Source of the DNA: a virus
Taxonomy: Duplodnaviria > Caudoviricetes
IMG/VR virus record: IMGVR_UViG_3300027374_000478
Coordinates: 64,001-128,000 of that record
Strand: one strand, 5' to 3'
DNA length: 64,000 nt
Program-made: the position numbers and the translations under genes
Notes under the pieces: model-generated
The model's database searches: none
What the model saw: the letters and a program-made list of their open reading frames with translations, nothing else
What the model was told of the DNA's origin: nothing
Part shown: piece by piece, positions 30,764-40,470 of the stretch
Layout: each line of letters begins with the position of its first letter
Position numbering within the stretch: the stretch's first letter is position 1

Positions 30764-32206
30764 ATGAAGTTATTGAGAGATAAGATCAAAAGAGACACTT
30801 ATATGGTGTCCAAACTTTGTGGGATGATTGGCAGAGGGGATTTAAAAGATAATCATCCACAACAAAGAAAATCTGGACAATGGGATAATAGTACTCGTGA
30901 TAATTTTATTGTTACTGTTATCAAAAATGAAGATTTTGATCCAATCAAAATATGTGAACAGCTCACAGAAGATGGAGTAATTCTTTGGTTGATTGACGGT
31001 CTTCAGCGTTCTACTACCATTGCAAATTTTAAAGCTGGTAAATTTGCGTTGGGGAGAAAAATTGATCCATATGTAATTGAATTTCAAGAAGCAACAAGAG
31101 ATGAAGAAGGTAAAATAACATATAAAAATATTTCTTATGATTTAAGAGGAAAGGGTTATAAAGATTTACCAGAAAAGTTAAAAGAAGATTTTGATAATTG
31201 CCCTGTTGATATAAGGAAGCATTTGGATTGTACAGATGAGGAAGTGGGCAGACATATTGTCAGGTATAATTCTGGAAGGCCAATGGTGGTAGCTCAGAAA
31301 ATATCAGCTTATATGCATAATACAGCAAAATATGTGAAGAAGTTGTCTGGACATGCTTTCTTCAATGACTGTGCTAATTATTCTGAAACTGCTGACAAGA
31401 ATGGAACAGTTGATAAAGTGGTATCTGAGACGGTTATGGGATTGAATTTTTTTGAATCTTGGAATAAACAGGCAAAAAAAATAGGTAAGCATTTGAACGA
31501 AAATGCAACAAAAGATATGTTTGATAATTTTTCGTTGTATTTAGACAGGTTATTGGAAGTGGTTACACCACAAACTGGAGTGTTATTTTCTGCGAAAAAT
31601 GCGATTATATGGTTTATGCTTTTTGATAGGTTTGATAAAAAAGGATTCGACGATAATAAATTTCAAATGTTTTTAGAGCATTATGAAGAAATAAAAAAAA
31701 TAAAAGTAAAAGTCAATCATGAGTATGAACTTGTTAAAGGAAGTGGAGAGTATACAAGCAATATTTCGTTTGCAGAACTTGATGGTTGTAAATCTACTAA
31801 AGATAAAGGGGTAATAGAAGATAAATTACATATTTTGGAAACTTTACTTAATGATTTTTTACATATAAATAAATCTGAATCGCATTTTGATTTAGAATCT
31901 TTTATATCTGAAAATTTAAATATGGATGTAGAAGAAATAAAAGATGATATCGAATTTTATAATGAATCATTAGATGATTTGGCAAAAAAAACGATTAAAA
32001 ATGGTTCTAAACTGTTGCAGATTGAAAATAGACCATCTTTATTAGCAATGGTGGTTTATTCATACAAAGAAGATATTGATTTGGATGAATGGCTGACAAA
32101 ATATGCAAAAGATAACAATACATATTTTGTGGATCAAAAAAAGAATTTCTTTTTTATGAAAAAGGATTTTGAACATTATTATAGAAAACGAAAACTGAGT
32201 GCATAA
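30764..32206 (+). CDS. DUF262-like (ParB/Srx fold) protein
   Basis: 'HPQQRKSGQW','LIDGLQR','RYNSGRPM'. Confidence 0.75.
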   Translation: MKLLRDKIKRDTYMVSKLCGMIGRGDLKDNHPQQRKSGQWDNSTRDNFIVTVIKNEDFDPIKICEQLTEDGVILWLIDGLQRSTTIANFKAGKFALGRKIDPYVIEFQEATRDEEGKITYKNISYDLRGKGYKDLPEKLKEDFDNCPVDIRKHLDCTDEEVGRHIVRYNSGRPMVVAQKISAYMHNTAKYVKKLSGHAFFNDCANYSETADKNGTVDKVVSETVMGLNFFESWNKQAKKIGKHLNENATKDMFDNFSLYLDRLLEVVTPQTGVLFSAKNAIIWFMLFDRFDKKGFDDNKFQMFLEHYEEIKKIKVKVNHEYELVKGSGEYTSNISFAELDGCKSTKDKGVIEDKLHILETLLNDFLHINKSESHFDLESFISENLNMDVEEIKDDIEFYNESLDDLAKKTIKNGSKLLQIENRPSLLAMVVYSYKEDIDLDEWLTKYAKDNNTYFVDQKKNFFFMKKDFEHYYRKRKLSA

Positions 32207-32220
32207 GGAGGGTAATTGTT

Positions 32221-32484
32221 ATGAAATATATTAGTGATGATGGAAGGGTATTCGATACAGAACAGGAATATTGTAAACATGAACAACAGATCAGAAAAGC
32301 AAAAGAGGATGAGAGAATTAAGAAAGAGAAGTTAGAATCTGAACGCAAAACTTTGATGGATCAGATTTGTCAGAAGTGTAAGGAGTTAAGTGAACTTACA
32401 CAAACTTATTATGACAAATTTGGTATAACAATGGGAGAATATCTTCCATTTGGAGAGTTTTTAAAAATTTTGTATGAGTCTTAA
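32221..32484 (+). CDS. hypothetical protein
   Basis: 87 aa, SD AAGGAGG. Confidence 0.65.
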   Translation: MKYISDDGRVFDTEQEYCKHEQQIRKAKEDERIKKEKLESERKTLMDQICQKCKELSELTQTYYDKFGITMGEYLPFGEFLKILYES

Positions 32485-32753
32485 AAGTCGTATTTTAATT
32501 ATAATTAAATAGGAGTAGAAGAGATGGATAAAAAGTGTTTTGTATATAGGTGTAAATGTTGTGGCGCTACATTTTTTATAAATGCAAAAGATATAACTGT
32601 AGCAGAATCTACAACATTAAAAAAAATAAAAAATTAGATAAACTTCAAATTCATAAATGTGATGAAAATACATCTCTTGTTGGAATTGGAGAATTAATTG
32701 GAGCAACAGATATTATAAGATGAAAATTTGATTTTGTGGTGTGAGGTGATAGG

Positions 32754-33086
32754 ATGACGGAGAATGAAGCAAAGAAACTAATTGCAAAGTTTTGTGAAGA
32801 TAGAATGAATTTTGCTAGGGGAAAGGATATGAGCGATAAAGAATTGGAGGATTTCTGCAAATTTTCGGATGCACTAACTCTTTCCATATCTTCTCTTGAA
32901 GAAATCCAGCAATACCGAGCAATCGGCACAGTCGAGGAATGCTGGGAGACAAGGGAAAGGCAGAGGGGGAAGAAAAGGGTTTTAGATTCATATTGCGGTT
33001 TTAATAGTTATGAATGCCCCGTTTGCGGCACAGAGCCGGTCGGTGGGAGTAATTATTGCCACAAATGCGGTCAGAGATTGGAGTGA
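32754..33086 (+). CDS. hypothetical protein with C-terminal zinc ribbon
   Basis: CPVC...YCHKCGQ. Confidence 0.7.
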   Translation: MTENEAKKLIAKFCEDRMNFARGKDMSDKELEDFCKFSDALTLSISSLEEIQQYRAIGTVEECWETRERQRGKKRVLDSYCGFNSYECPVCGTEPVGGSNYCHKCGQRLE

Positions 33087-33092
33087 TACCCA

Positions 33093-33296
33093 ATGACCTA
33101 CCAAATAGCAGACCAAAGACACCCATTCAGGGGGCTTGACAATAAAATCTGCAAAAATCCTACATATTGGTGCAGACTACATCAGGTTTGGATGTCTGAT
33201 GATGATGTAAAGAAGAAACAATGTAAATGTAAACAGACTTTTGACATGGTTGGTACATATTGTTGCGGAAATTTAGTCAAGAAGTCAATAAAATGA
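33093..33296 (+). CDS. small Cys-rich hypothetical protein
   Basis: 67 aa ORF. Confidence 0.55.
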   Translation: MTYQIADQRHPFRGLDNKICKNPTYWCRLHQVWMSDDDVKKKQCKCKQTFDMVGTYCCGNLVKKSIK

Positions 33297-33357
33297 AACT
33301 TTCAAGTGCAAAAAGAGAAGTATATATTAAACACACAAATAGAAAAGGAGAGATATT

Positions 33358-34128
33358 ATGTGTAATTTTAAAAGTGGAATTATTTTGAAGAACAGGGTTG
33401 TTTTAGCACCAGAAGGAAATGAAAGTCATTTGGATTTGTTAGAGAGTCTTGGGATTGAGGATACTCACATGAATGCATCTAAAACATTTGTAAGAGCAGA
33501 GTTAATTCCTAAAAATAATGATAAAATGACCAATGTAAAAGACTGGAGATATAAGGTCGATCAGGATATTGTACCTGATTGGTACGAAAGAGACCCAGAG
33601 AGATATGAGCAGGATTTTAGAAATGCAGTTGAAGAATATATGAATGAGTGGAGAAAACAGTTCAAATTCATTTGCGGGCATTATTGGACAAGTGTACAGG
33701 ATGGAGATTGTACATATTACTTCATGAATGGAATTCTTAAAAAGTCAGAGTTTGGTAAAACAAATAATTATGTAGAATCTTATGTACGAAATGATCTTAT
33801 TAATAGTGAATTGTCTGAGGATTTAAAGAAAGAATTTGGAGATAAACTTGTTCCGATTTCTCTTGATTTGACTTCTATGGATGGATTTAAAGATTATGGA
33901 AGTGTTGAAGGTGATATTTTAGCAATCCCAAATATTCAGTTGCTTATGAAGTTTGGTGAAAGTATTCCATTGATTGATAATTGGTATTGGCTTGCTAATC
34001 CTAATCAGACACCGAAGAGAAACGATGCCCGCTATGTTCGGTACGTTATCTCCGATGGCGATGTGCGCTGCGGCGATTGCGGCTGGAATGACTGGGGCGT
34101 GCGTCCGTTTTTCATCCTTCAATCTTAA
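33358..34128 (+). CDS. DGR target protein with C-terminal variable (CLec-like) domain
   Basis: 'WYWL...','GVRPFF' C-terminus encoded by the VR. Confidence 0.9.
   Translation: MCNFKSGIILKNRVVLAPEGNESHLDLLESLGIEDTHMNASKTFVRAELIPKNNDKMTNVKDWRYKVDQDIVPDWYERDPERYEQDFRNAVEEYMNEWRKQFKFICGHYWTSVQDGDCTYYFMNGILKKSEFGKTNNYVESYVRNDLINSELSEDLKKEFGDKLVPISLDLTSMDGFKDYGSVEGDILAIPNIQLLMKFGESIPLIDNWYWLANPNQTPKRNDARYVRYVISDGDVRCGDCGWNDWGVRPFFILQS
34028..34109 (+). repeat. DGR variable repeat (VR)
   Basis: 82-nt copy of the TR with 15 substitutions, all at TR adenines. Confidence 0.95.
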
Positions 34129-34229
34129 ATCTTTGAATCTTGCAAAAAATCATCGGGTAGCCAGTAATCAGGAATGCGTCAGCATCCCGTAGGCAGCCGA
34201 TGAGCGACTGAAAGGAGCGGGGAAAACCA

Positions 34230-34598
34230 GTGAGCGAAGCGAAACTGGATGTTATTGTAAAAGCAATAAATCTTATGGAATATACTATGACAATTACATC
34301 AAACCGAAAGAGGTATTCAGTTAAGCATTTAACATTGGTAAAACGCATCCAAAATCGCTGTATGGATATATATGAATATTTGCTTGATGCAAATAGGCTG
34401 AAATTGGATACTTCAAAATCGGAACGCCAAGAATTACAAACAAAAGCAATTTCATGTTGTGATAAGTTGTCTTGTTATGTGGAACTTTCTATGAAATTGA
34501 AATTAATTGGAAGTGATACAGTAGGATATTGGCAGAAACAAATAAATGATGTGAAATATATGAGTATTGCATGGCGTTCAAAAGATAAAGAGAGATAA
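34230..34598 (+). CDS. avd: DGR accessory variability determinant (four-helix bundle)
   Basis: 122 aa basic helical protein between VR and TR, ending 'IAWRSKDKER'. Confidence 0.85.
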   Translation: MSEAKLDVIVKAINLMEYTMTITSNRKRYSVKHLTLVKRIQNRCMDIYEYLLDANRLKLDTSKSERQELQTKAISCCDKLSCYVELSMKLKLIGSDTVGYWQKQINDVKYMSIAWRSKDKER

Positions 34599-34620
34599 TT
34601 TTAGGTTGTTTGTTGTATGA

Positions 34621-34702
34621 CCCACTATGTTCAGTACGTTAACTCCAATGGCAATGTGAACTACAACGATTGCAACTGGAATGACAAAGGCGTGCGTCCG
34701 TT
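34621..34702 (+). repeat. DGR template repeat (TR)
   Basis: AAC-rich intergenic copy of the VR: cccactatgttcagtacgttaactccaatggcaatgtgaactacaac...ggcgtgcgtccgtt. Confidence 0.95.
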
Positions 34703-34821
34703 CTGGATCGGAAGACGAATGAAAGTAAGAGAAACACTGAAATTAGAGTCCCGATATCAAAAGAATAAATAACCTTTCCTGATTCAAAAATGTCAGGATA
34801 AATACAAAGGAACAAAATACT

Positions 34822-35865
34822 ATGATAGAAGATAAAACAGATTTTGAAAAAGTAGTAGATTTCGGTAATTTATATCAAGCATATTTAAAATCTAAATCAG
34901 GTAAAGGTTTTTCAAAAAGCAGTCAAAAATTCCAAGTATTAGCTCTTGATGGAATTCATCAAATAAAGAGAAGATTAGAAACTAAAACATATCAAGTATC
35001 AAAATACAATGAATTTATAATATATGAACCGAAAGAGAGAGTCATTAAAGCATGTTCGTTTGTAGATAAAATTGTACAGCATAGTTTGTGTGATAATGTA
35101 CTGATTCCAAGATTGAATAAAGAGTTTATTCAAACAAATTATGCTGGACAGATTGGCAAAGGTACATTGTATGGATTGGATTGCTTAAAAGCTCAGATGT
35201 ATCTTGCATATCAGAAGTATGGATATGATTGTTGGATTATAAAAGCTGATGTTAGCAAGTTCTTTTACAATATCAATCACGATATTTTGAAGGATATTTT
35301 GAAATATTTTATAGAAAATAAAGAAGTGTATTGGCTGTGTGAGAAGTTTATTGATAGTACTGAGGGAGTAGGACTTCCATTAGGTAATCAGGTTAGTCAA
35401 GTATTTGCACTTTTATATTTATCAGTGTTAGATCACTTTATCACAGGAGAACTTGGAGTTAAATATTATGGTAGATATATGGATGATTTTTATTTGATAG
35501 TACAAAATAAAGAATATGCGAAATGGTGTTTAGCAGCTATTTATGAGTTTGTGTATTCATTAGGTCTTGAATTAAACAGTAAGACTCAGGTCATTCCTTT
35601 TAAAAATGGAATCAAATTTTGTGGTTTTCATACATATGTGACTTCAGGTGGTAAAGTAATCCGAAAGCTGAAGAACGAAAATAAACGTGCCGCTAAAAAG
35701 AAATTTAAGAAAATGGTTGGATTAGTGAGGTGTGGAAAACTTAGCAAAGAGAAATTTTATGAGAGTTACAATGCTTGGAAAAATCATATATCACATGGCA
35801 ATTGTGTGAAATTTGGATATGAGATGGATAGATATATAGAAAAATTATTTATAGGAGAAAAATGA
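34822..35865 (+). CDS. DGR reverse transcriptase
   Basis: GLPLGNQVSQ (DGR-type), RYMDDF, KADVSKFF, FCG. Confidence 0.95.
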   Translation: MIEDKTDFEKVVDFGNLYQAYLKSKSGKGFSKSSQKFQVLALDGIHQIKRRLETKTYQVSKYNEFIIYEPKERVIKACSFVDKIVQHSLCDNVLIPRLNKEFIQTNYAGQIGKGTLYGLDCLKAQMYLAYQKYGYDCWIIKADVSKFFYNINHDILKDILKYFIENKEVYWLCEKFIDSTEGVGLPLGNQVSQVFALLYLSVLDHFITGELGVKYYGRYMDDFYLIVQNKEYAKWCLAAIYEFVYSLGLELNSKTQVIPFKNGIKFCGFHTYVTSGGKVIRKLKNENKRAAKKKFKKMVGLVRCGKLSKEKFYESYNAWKNHISHGNCVKFGYEMDRYIEKLFIGEK

Positions 35866-36095
35866 TGGAATATATTTTGTTTTCATTTATATTAGCTGGA
35901 ACACCTGCTTTATATACTGGATATTGTAATAAATTGAGAGACTTAATTCGATTAATTTTCATCATAACATTTATCGTAATCTATTATATTAATAAATGGG
36001 AAACCGCAGATATTAATGTGGGATTATTCGTTTGTTGGTGTGCAGTATGGACGATATTTTGGGATAATTTATATAAGAAACTTAAAAGGAAATGA
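35862..36095 (+). CDS. small membrane protein
   Basis: 77 aa, 2-3 hydrophobic segments. Confidence 0.6.
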   Translation: MMEYILFSFILAGTPALYTGYCNKLRDLIRLIFIITFIVIYYINKWETADINVGLFVCWCAVWTIFWDNLYKKLKRK

Positions 36096-36129
36096 AACAC
36101 GAGTTTCAAAGAAAGGAGAAATAGAACAT

Positions 36130-36567
36130 ATGGGAGAAACAAGATATCCGTTAGGAGATAAGAAAGTGGTTAGGTTTGGATATGATGACTATAGATATGG
36201 TTGTTTATGCACATTTCCATTCAATTATCAGGATCATAAATTGAGTATGGGAGATGTGGAGTCTCTTGCTCTTTTAGGGGCTACTTTGTGTATGTATAGA
36301 AATGGAGGATTACAAAAAGTAGAATATGCTGATAAAGATGAGTATGTTATTCCTGATTGTCTTCCGTTGTGGGTTAGAAATGAAATTAGAAAAGTATTGG
36401 GTGATTATCCAGAAAAGTTTGATAGTGAAGAATATGATGTTGACCATTTGCCAGCATCTATAAATGAAGAGGAGCGCAAAAAAATTCTTTTAAAGAGATT
36501 TAAGGATATAAAAAAGTGGGCGAAAAAATCTATTAAAGAAATAGAAAATGAAGAATATGAGTTGTAG
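36130..36567 (+). CDS. hypothetical protein
   Basis: SD AAAGGAG, MGETRYPL... Confidence 0.65.
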   Translation: MGETRYPLGDKKVVRFGYDDYRYGCLCTFPFNYQDHKLSMGDVESLALLGATLCMYRNGGLQKVEYADKDEYVIPDCLPLWVRNEIRKVLGDYPEKFDSEEYDVDHLPASINEEERKKILLKRFKDIKKWAKKSIKEIENEEYEL

Positions 36568-36605
36568 ATAAAATTTCCGTTTCAATTGATGAGAAAGGCG
36601 AAAAG

Positions 36606-36896
36606 ATGAAAGTATTAAAAGAGAATAATTTTTCTGGGACATTTCCTATGAAAATAACATGTAAAAGAGTCGTAGATGAATATGGATTTGCATATGGAAA
36701 GAAAGAAGATTTTTGTGGAAGTGAACTTGAAATTGATTCAGATGATATAAAGAAACATAGGTGGAGCAAGTATCCAGATTATAGTGGAACAGATTATGGA
36801 ATTATTTGTCCTGTGTGTGGTCAGTTTATCTCTATTGATGAGAATAAAATACCCAAATATGTTATTGAAAATGTGGAAGAAATTTATATTGGATGA
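36606..36896 (+). CDS. hypothetical protein with zinc ribbon
   Basis: 96 aa, CPVC. Confidence 0.65.
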   Translation: MKVLKENNFSGTFPMKITCKRVVDEYGFAYGKKEDFCGSELEIDSDDIKKHRWSKYPDYSGTDYGIICPVCGQFISIDENKIPKYVIENVEEIYIG

Positions 36897-36929
36897 AACG
36901 AAGGTTTCAAGTAAAAGTGAGGTGGTAAT

Positions 36930-37253
36930 TTGGAAAATATTTTAAGTAAAAATAATGACGGATCAATAGATGTCATGGACAGATATGGATTTACGGAATA
37001 TACAGTTGCCAAGAATGAAAATGGTATAGTAGCTAGATTGGCAAATCAGTTATATGAATATGAGAATTTCTTTACAGAAAGGCTTAAAGATGTATTGATG
37101 AATTACTTTGATGTTCCATCTGACACATATGCGTATAATCTAACAAGACATAAAACTGCTTTTTCTGAAGGAACCATATCTCTTGATGATTTTGAAGAAT
37201 TTGATGAAGAAATCATTGATGATATTGTGAAGTATATCAAAGACAATATTTAG
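36930..37253 (+). CDS. hypothetical protein
   Basis: 107 aa, SD GAGGTGG, TTG start. Confidence 0.65.
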   Translation: MENILSKNNDGSIDVMDRYGFTEYTVAKNENGIVARLANQLYEYENFFTERLKDVLMNYFDVPSDTYAYNLTRHKTAFSEGTISLDDFEEFDEEIIDDIVKYIKDNI

Positions 37254-37616
37254 CCAATAGAAGAAACATTTTAACTGGAGGTGATGATTTGGTATGAAGA
37301 TCGCTATAGAAATACCAAAAGAATATGAAATTGATTTTAAAGCAGATAAATTCAAAGATTTCTTTTCAAGAGTAATAGCAGATATGAATTGTTTGTGTGG
37401 TAATTATGAAACAGAAATAGCACATATGCTAATTAAAGCGTTTAATAATGGAGAAATAATAAAATAGGCATCCTGATACTTTGGCGAGTGGGCAAGATGC
37501 CTATAAGCAACAAAACGGATAACCGCTTTGATAAGTCTTAGTATATCAATTCTATTAGATTTAATCAAGTCGGTAATTCCACAAATAAAAAATAGAATAT
37601 AGGTGGTGATGTAGTA

Positions 37617-38120
37617 ACGATTATTAATCGAATCTGGCAAATGCCAAACAGCAAAACTTTTTCAATCAAACCGATTGAAGAACTTATACATAAATATGCG
37701 TATGGGCAGATTATAGATCTGTTTGCAAACAGTAATAAAATAGCAACAATTACAAACGATTTAGACACACAATATGATACTGATTATCATATGGATACAT
37801 TAGATTTTCTTAAAATGTTTGATGATTGTTCCGTTGATACTATATTGTATGATCCACAATACAGTGCTCGCCAAGTATCGGAATGTTATAGAAAATTGGA
37901 AAGAACTGTAAATATGCAAACAACTCAAGCTTCATATTGGTCAAAACAGAAAGAACAAATAGGAAGAATTGTAAAGAAAGATGGAATAGTTATTACTTGT
38001 AGCTGGAACAGTGGTGGCATTGGAAAGAAATATGGATTTGATATTGAAGAGATATTATTAGTGCCACATGGAGGATGGCACAATGACACGATTGTTGTTG
38101 TAGAGAGAAAAGTAAAATAA
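37617..38120 (+). CDS. small adenine-specific DNA methyltransferase-like protein (probable ACG start)
   Basis: 'IDLFAN','D.ILYDPQYS','L.V.HGG.HNDTI' pattern; SD GGTGGTGA then ACG in frame. Confidence 0.7.
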   Translation, partial: TIINRIWQMPNSKTFSIKPIEELIHKYAYGQIIDLFANSNKIATITNDLDTQYDTDYHMDTLDFLKMFDDCSVDTILYDPQYSARQVSECYRKLERTVNMQTTQASYWSKQKEQIGRIVKKDGIVITCSWNSGGIGKKYGFDIEEILLVPHGGWHNDTIVVVERKVK

Positions 38121-38322
38121 AGTATTCCTAAAGAGTAAAACGATAGGATAGTGGTTGTGGTTCTCAGCCGTTGTATCAGAATTTTTTTGATACATAAATG
38201 GGTATTTTACCCGATGAATTAAATCTTTTATTGCCATAGATGGCAAAAATATAAATACAGAAAGGATACGAATGTTCACTGGTGAAGAAAGCTGCGCAGC
38301 TACTAAGTAATGGTGAACAAAA

Positions 38323-38967
38323 ATTAAGGTATTAGAATTATTCGCAGGTACAAGAAGTATTGGTAAAGCATTTGAAGCAAGAGGTCATAAAGTTTTCAGT
38401 GTTGAATGGAATAAAGATTTTGAAAACATCGACCTATATGAAGATATTAGTAAAGTTACAGCACAAGACATTTTAAACAAGTTTGGAAAACCTGATGTTA
38501 TTTGGGCGAGTCCTGACTGTACGACTTTCAGCATTGCGGCAATTAGTCATCACAGAAGAAAGAATCCAGAAACAGGAAGTCTTGAACCTATCAGTGATTA
38601 TGCAAAGTTCTGTGATAAAGTAGATCAACATGTTATTTCGCTTATCAAAGAATTAAATCCTACATACTACTTCATCGAAAATCCCCGTGGTGGCATGAGA
38701 AAGATGTCTTGGATGCAAGACTTACCACGATATACGGTTACATATTGTCAGTATGGCGATGAAAGAATGAAACCTACTGATATCTGGACTAATCATCCAA
38801 ATCCTAAGTTTAAACCCATGTGTAAGAATGGCGATCCATGTCATGTATCTGCTCCAAGGGGAGCTAAAACAGGAACACAGGGACTTAAAGGTAGTATTGA
38901 ACGAAGTAAAATTCCATCAGCATTATGTGAGCATATTGTTGATATTTGTGAAAAAAACATTAGGTAA
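38323..38967 (+). CDS. short C5 cytosine methyltransferase-like protein (no ATG; probable ATT start)
   Basis: frame upstream of the listed ORF reads KVLELFAGTRSIG (motif I)...WASPDCTTFS (IV)...IENP (VI). Confidence 0.8.
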   Translation: MKVLELFAGTRSIGKAFEARGHKVFSVEWNKDFENIDLYEDISKVTAQDILNKFGKPDVIWASPDCTTFSIAAISHHRRKNPETGSLEPISDYAKFCDKVDQHVISLIKELNPTYYFIENPRGGMRKMSWMQDLPRYTVTYCQYGDERMKPTDIWTNHPNPKFKPMCKNGDPCHVSAPRGAKTGTQGLKGSIERSKIPSALCEHIVDICEKNIR

Positions 38968-39081
38968 TATTTCAACGGGAGTCATGAACCCATGAAAGAT
39001 TCACAAAATAACAAATTAGAGAAAGGATATAACAAGTAATTCCGGATAAATTAGCGTTGCAACGCCTTGTAGATAAGGCAT

Positions 39082-40470
39082 TTGGAAAGTAATAATAAAA
39101 GATTTAGTTTATCAAAAAATTGGAAACTGGTAAATTTCTGTGAGTTTGATAAGTATGCGACTAAAAGCTATTGTGCAATTCACAGAGTAGATGAGAATTT
39201 AAACCTTGGTGATATTACTGAGGTTGATGGAACAAAATTAGAAGATTTTAATATGATTTGTGGAGGGAGTCCTTGTCAGGATTTCAGCGTAGCTGGTAAA
39301 CAAAAGGGTTCTGTGTGGACTTGTAATGGTTGTGGACATGAATATAACCCTCTAACGGTACATTGGAGTCAGAGAGATAAATGTCCTAATTGTGGAAGTA
39401 ATAATATTGAAAAAACAAGATCGTCACTTCTTGTTGAGTATTTGAGAGTAATCCGAGGAAATAAACCTAATTTTGGAATGTATGAAAATGTTAAAAATAT
39501 TGTGGGTAAACAATTCAGAGATACTACATTCAAATTATTTGAAGATGAGTTACATGAGTATGGCTACAATACATATTGGAAAGTGCTGAACGCAAAAGAT
39601 TATGGTATTCCTCAAAACAGAGAGCGAGTATATCTGATCTTTATCAAGAAAGACTTAGACAACGGTAAGTTTGTGTTCCCTAGAGAATTTGATAATGGAA
39701 TTCGTTTGAAAGATGTTTTGGAAGATGAGGTAGATGAAAAATATTATATTTTTGATGATAAAGTGCAGAGATTTTTAACAAATCTAAATACTAATACTTC
39801 TTTACTATATGATCCGTGTCAGGTAAAAAGAGAGGGTAAATCAAGGGAATATAATGATTACTGTCCAACTCTCACTTCAAGAGACTATAAAGATCCCAGA
39901 TTGGTAAATGAAAATGTAGTAAAACAAGTCGGAAATATTTCTGATTGCAATGGGAATTGGAAGAATCCACAAGTGGGGAGAATTTATGATCCCGATGGTT
40001 GTTCACCGACATTAAATACTTGTGGCGGAGGTAGCCATGAACCTAAGATTGTTCAGGTTGGTAATGTAAATCCATCTGGTAAAGGTATGAATGGTAATGT
40101 ATTTTCAGAAGATGGACTAGCACCAACTTTAACAACAAATAAAGGTGAAGGAAATAAAATTTTAACAGGTATTAGAATCCGCAAACTAACGCCAAAAGAA
40201 ACTTTCAGGCTTATGGGATTTTCTGATTCGGCATATGACGCTGCAAGCAAAGTTGTTAGCAACAGCCAGCTTTATAAACAATCAGGGAATTCAATAGTAG
40301 TAGATGTTTTATATTACATATTAGTTGAGTTATATAAGGCAATGCCGTACCTATTTGATGATTTAAAACTGAGCAGTTTCTTCTCAGGTATTGGTGCATT
40401 TGAGGCTAGTTTGGACAGATTGTATGAAAGCATTAATACTGGAAATTTTACCAAACCACAAGCGGAGTAA
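39082..40470 (+). CDS. C5 DNA cytosine methyltransferase, circularly permuted, with zinc-ribbon insert
   Basis: GGSPCQDFS (IV), ENV (VI), PQNRER (VIII), RKLTPKE..RLMGF (IX), KQSGNS (X), then SFFSGIGAFE (I) at the C-terminus. Confidence 0.9.
   Translation: MESNNKRFSLSKNWKLVNFCEFDKYATKSYCAIHRVDENLNLGDITEVDGTKLEDFNMICGGSPCQDFSVAGKQKGSVWTCNGCGHEYNPLTVHWSQRDKCPNCGSNNIEKTRSSLLVEYLRVIRGNKPNFGMYENVKNIVGKQFRDTTFKLFEDELHEYGYNTYWKVLNAKDYGIPQNRERVYLIFIKKDLDNGKFVFPREFDNGIRLKDVLEDEVDEKYYIFDDKVQRFLTNLNTNTSLLYDPCQVKREGKSREYNDYCPTLTSRDYKDPRLVNENVVKQVGNISDCNGNWKNPQVGRIYDPDGCSPTLNTCGGGSHEPKIVQVGNVNPSGKGMNGNVFSEDGLAPTLTTNKGEGNKILTGIRIRKLTPKETFRLMGFSDSAYDAASKVVSNSQLYKQSGNSIVVDVLYYILVELYKAMPYLFDDLKLSSFFSGIGAFEASLDRLYESINTGNFTKPQAE

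Larger units (their letters stand above)
33358..35865 (+). mobile_element. diversity-generating retroelement (target-VR, hairpin, avd, TR, RT)
   Basis: all components present in canonical order. Confidence 0.95.
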
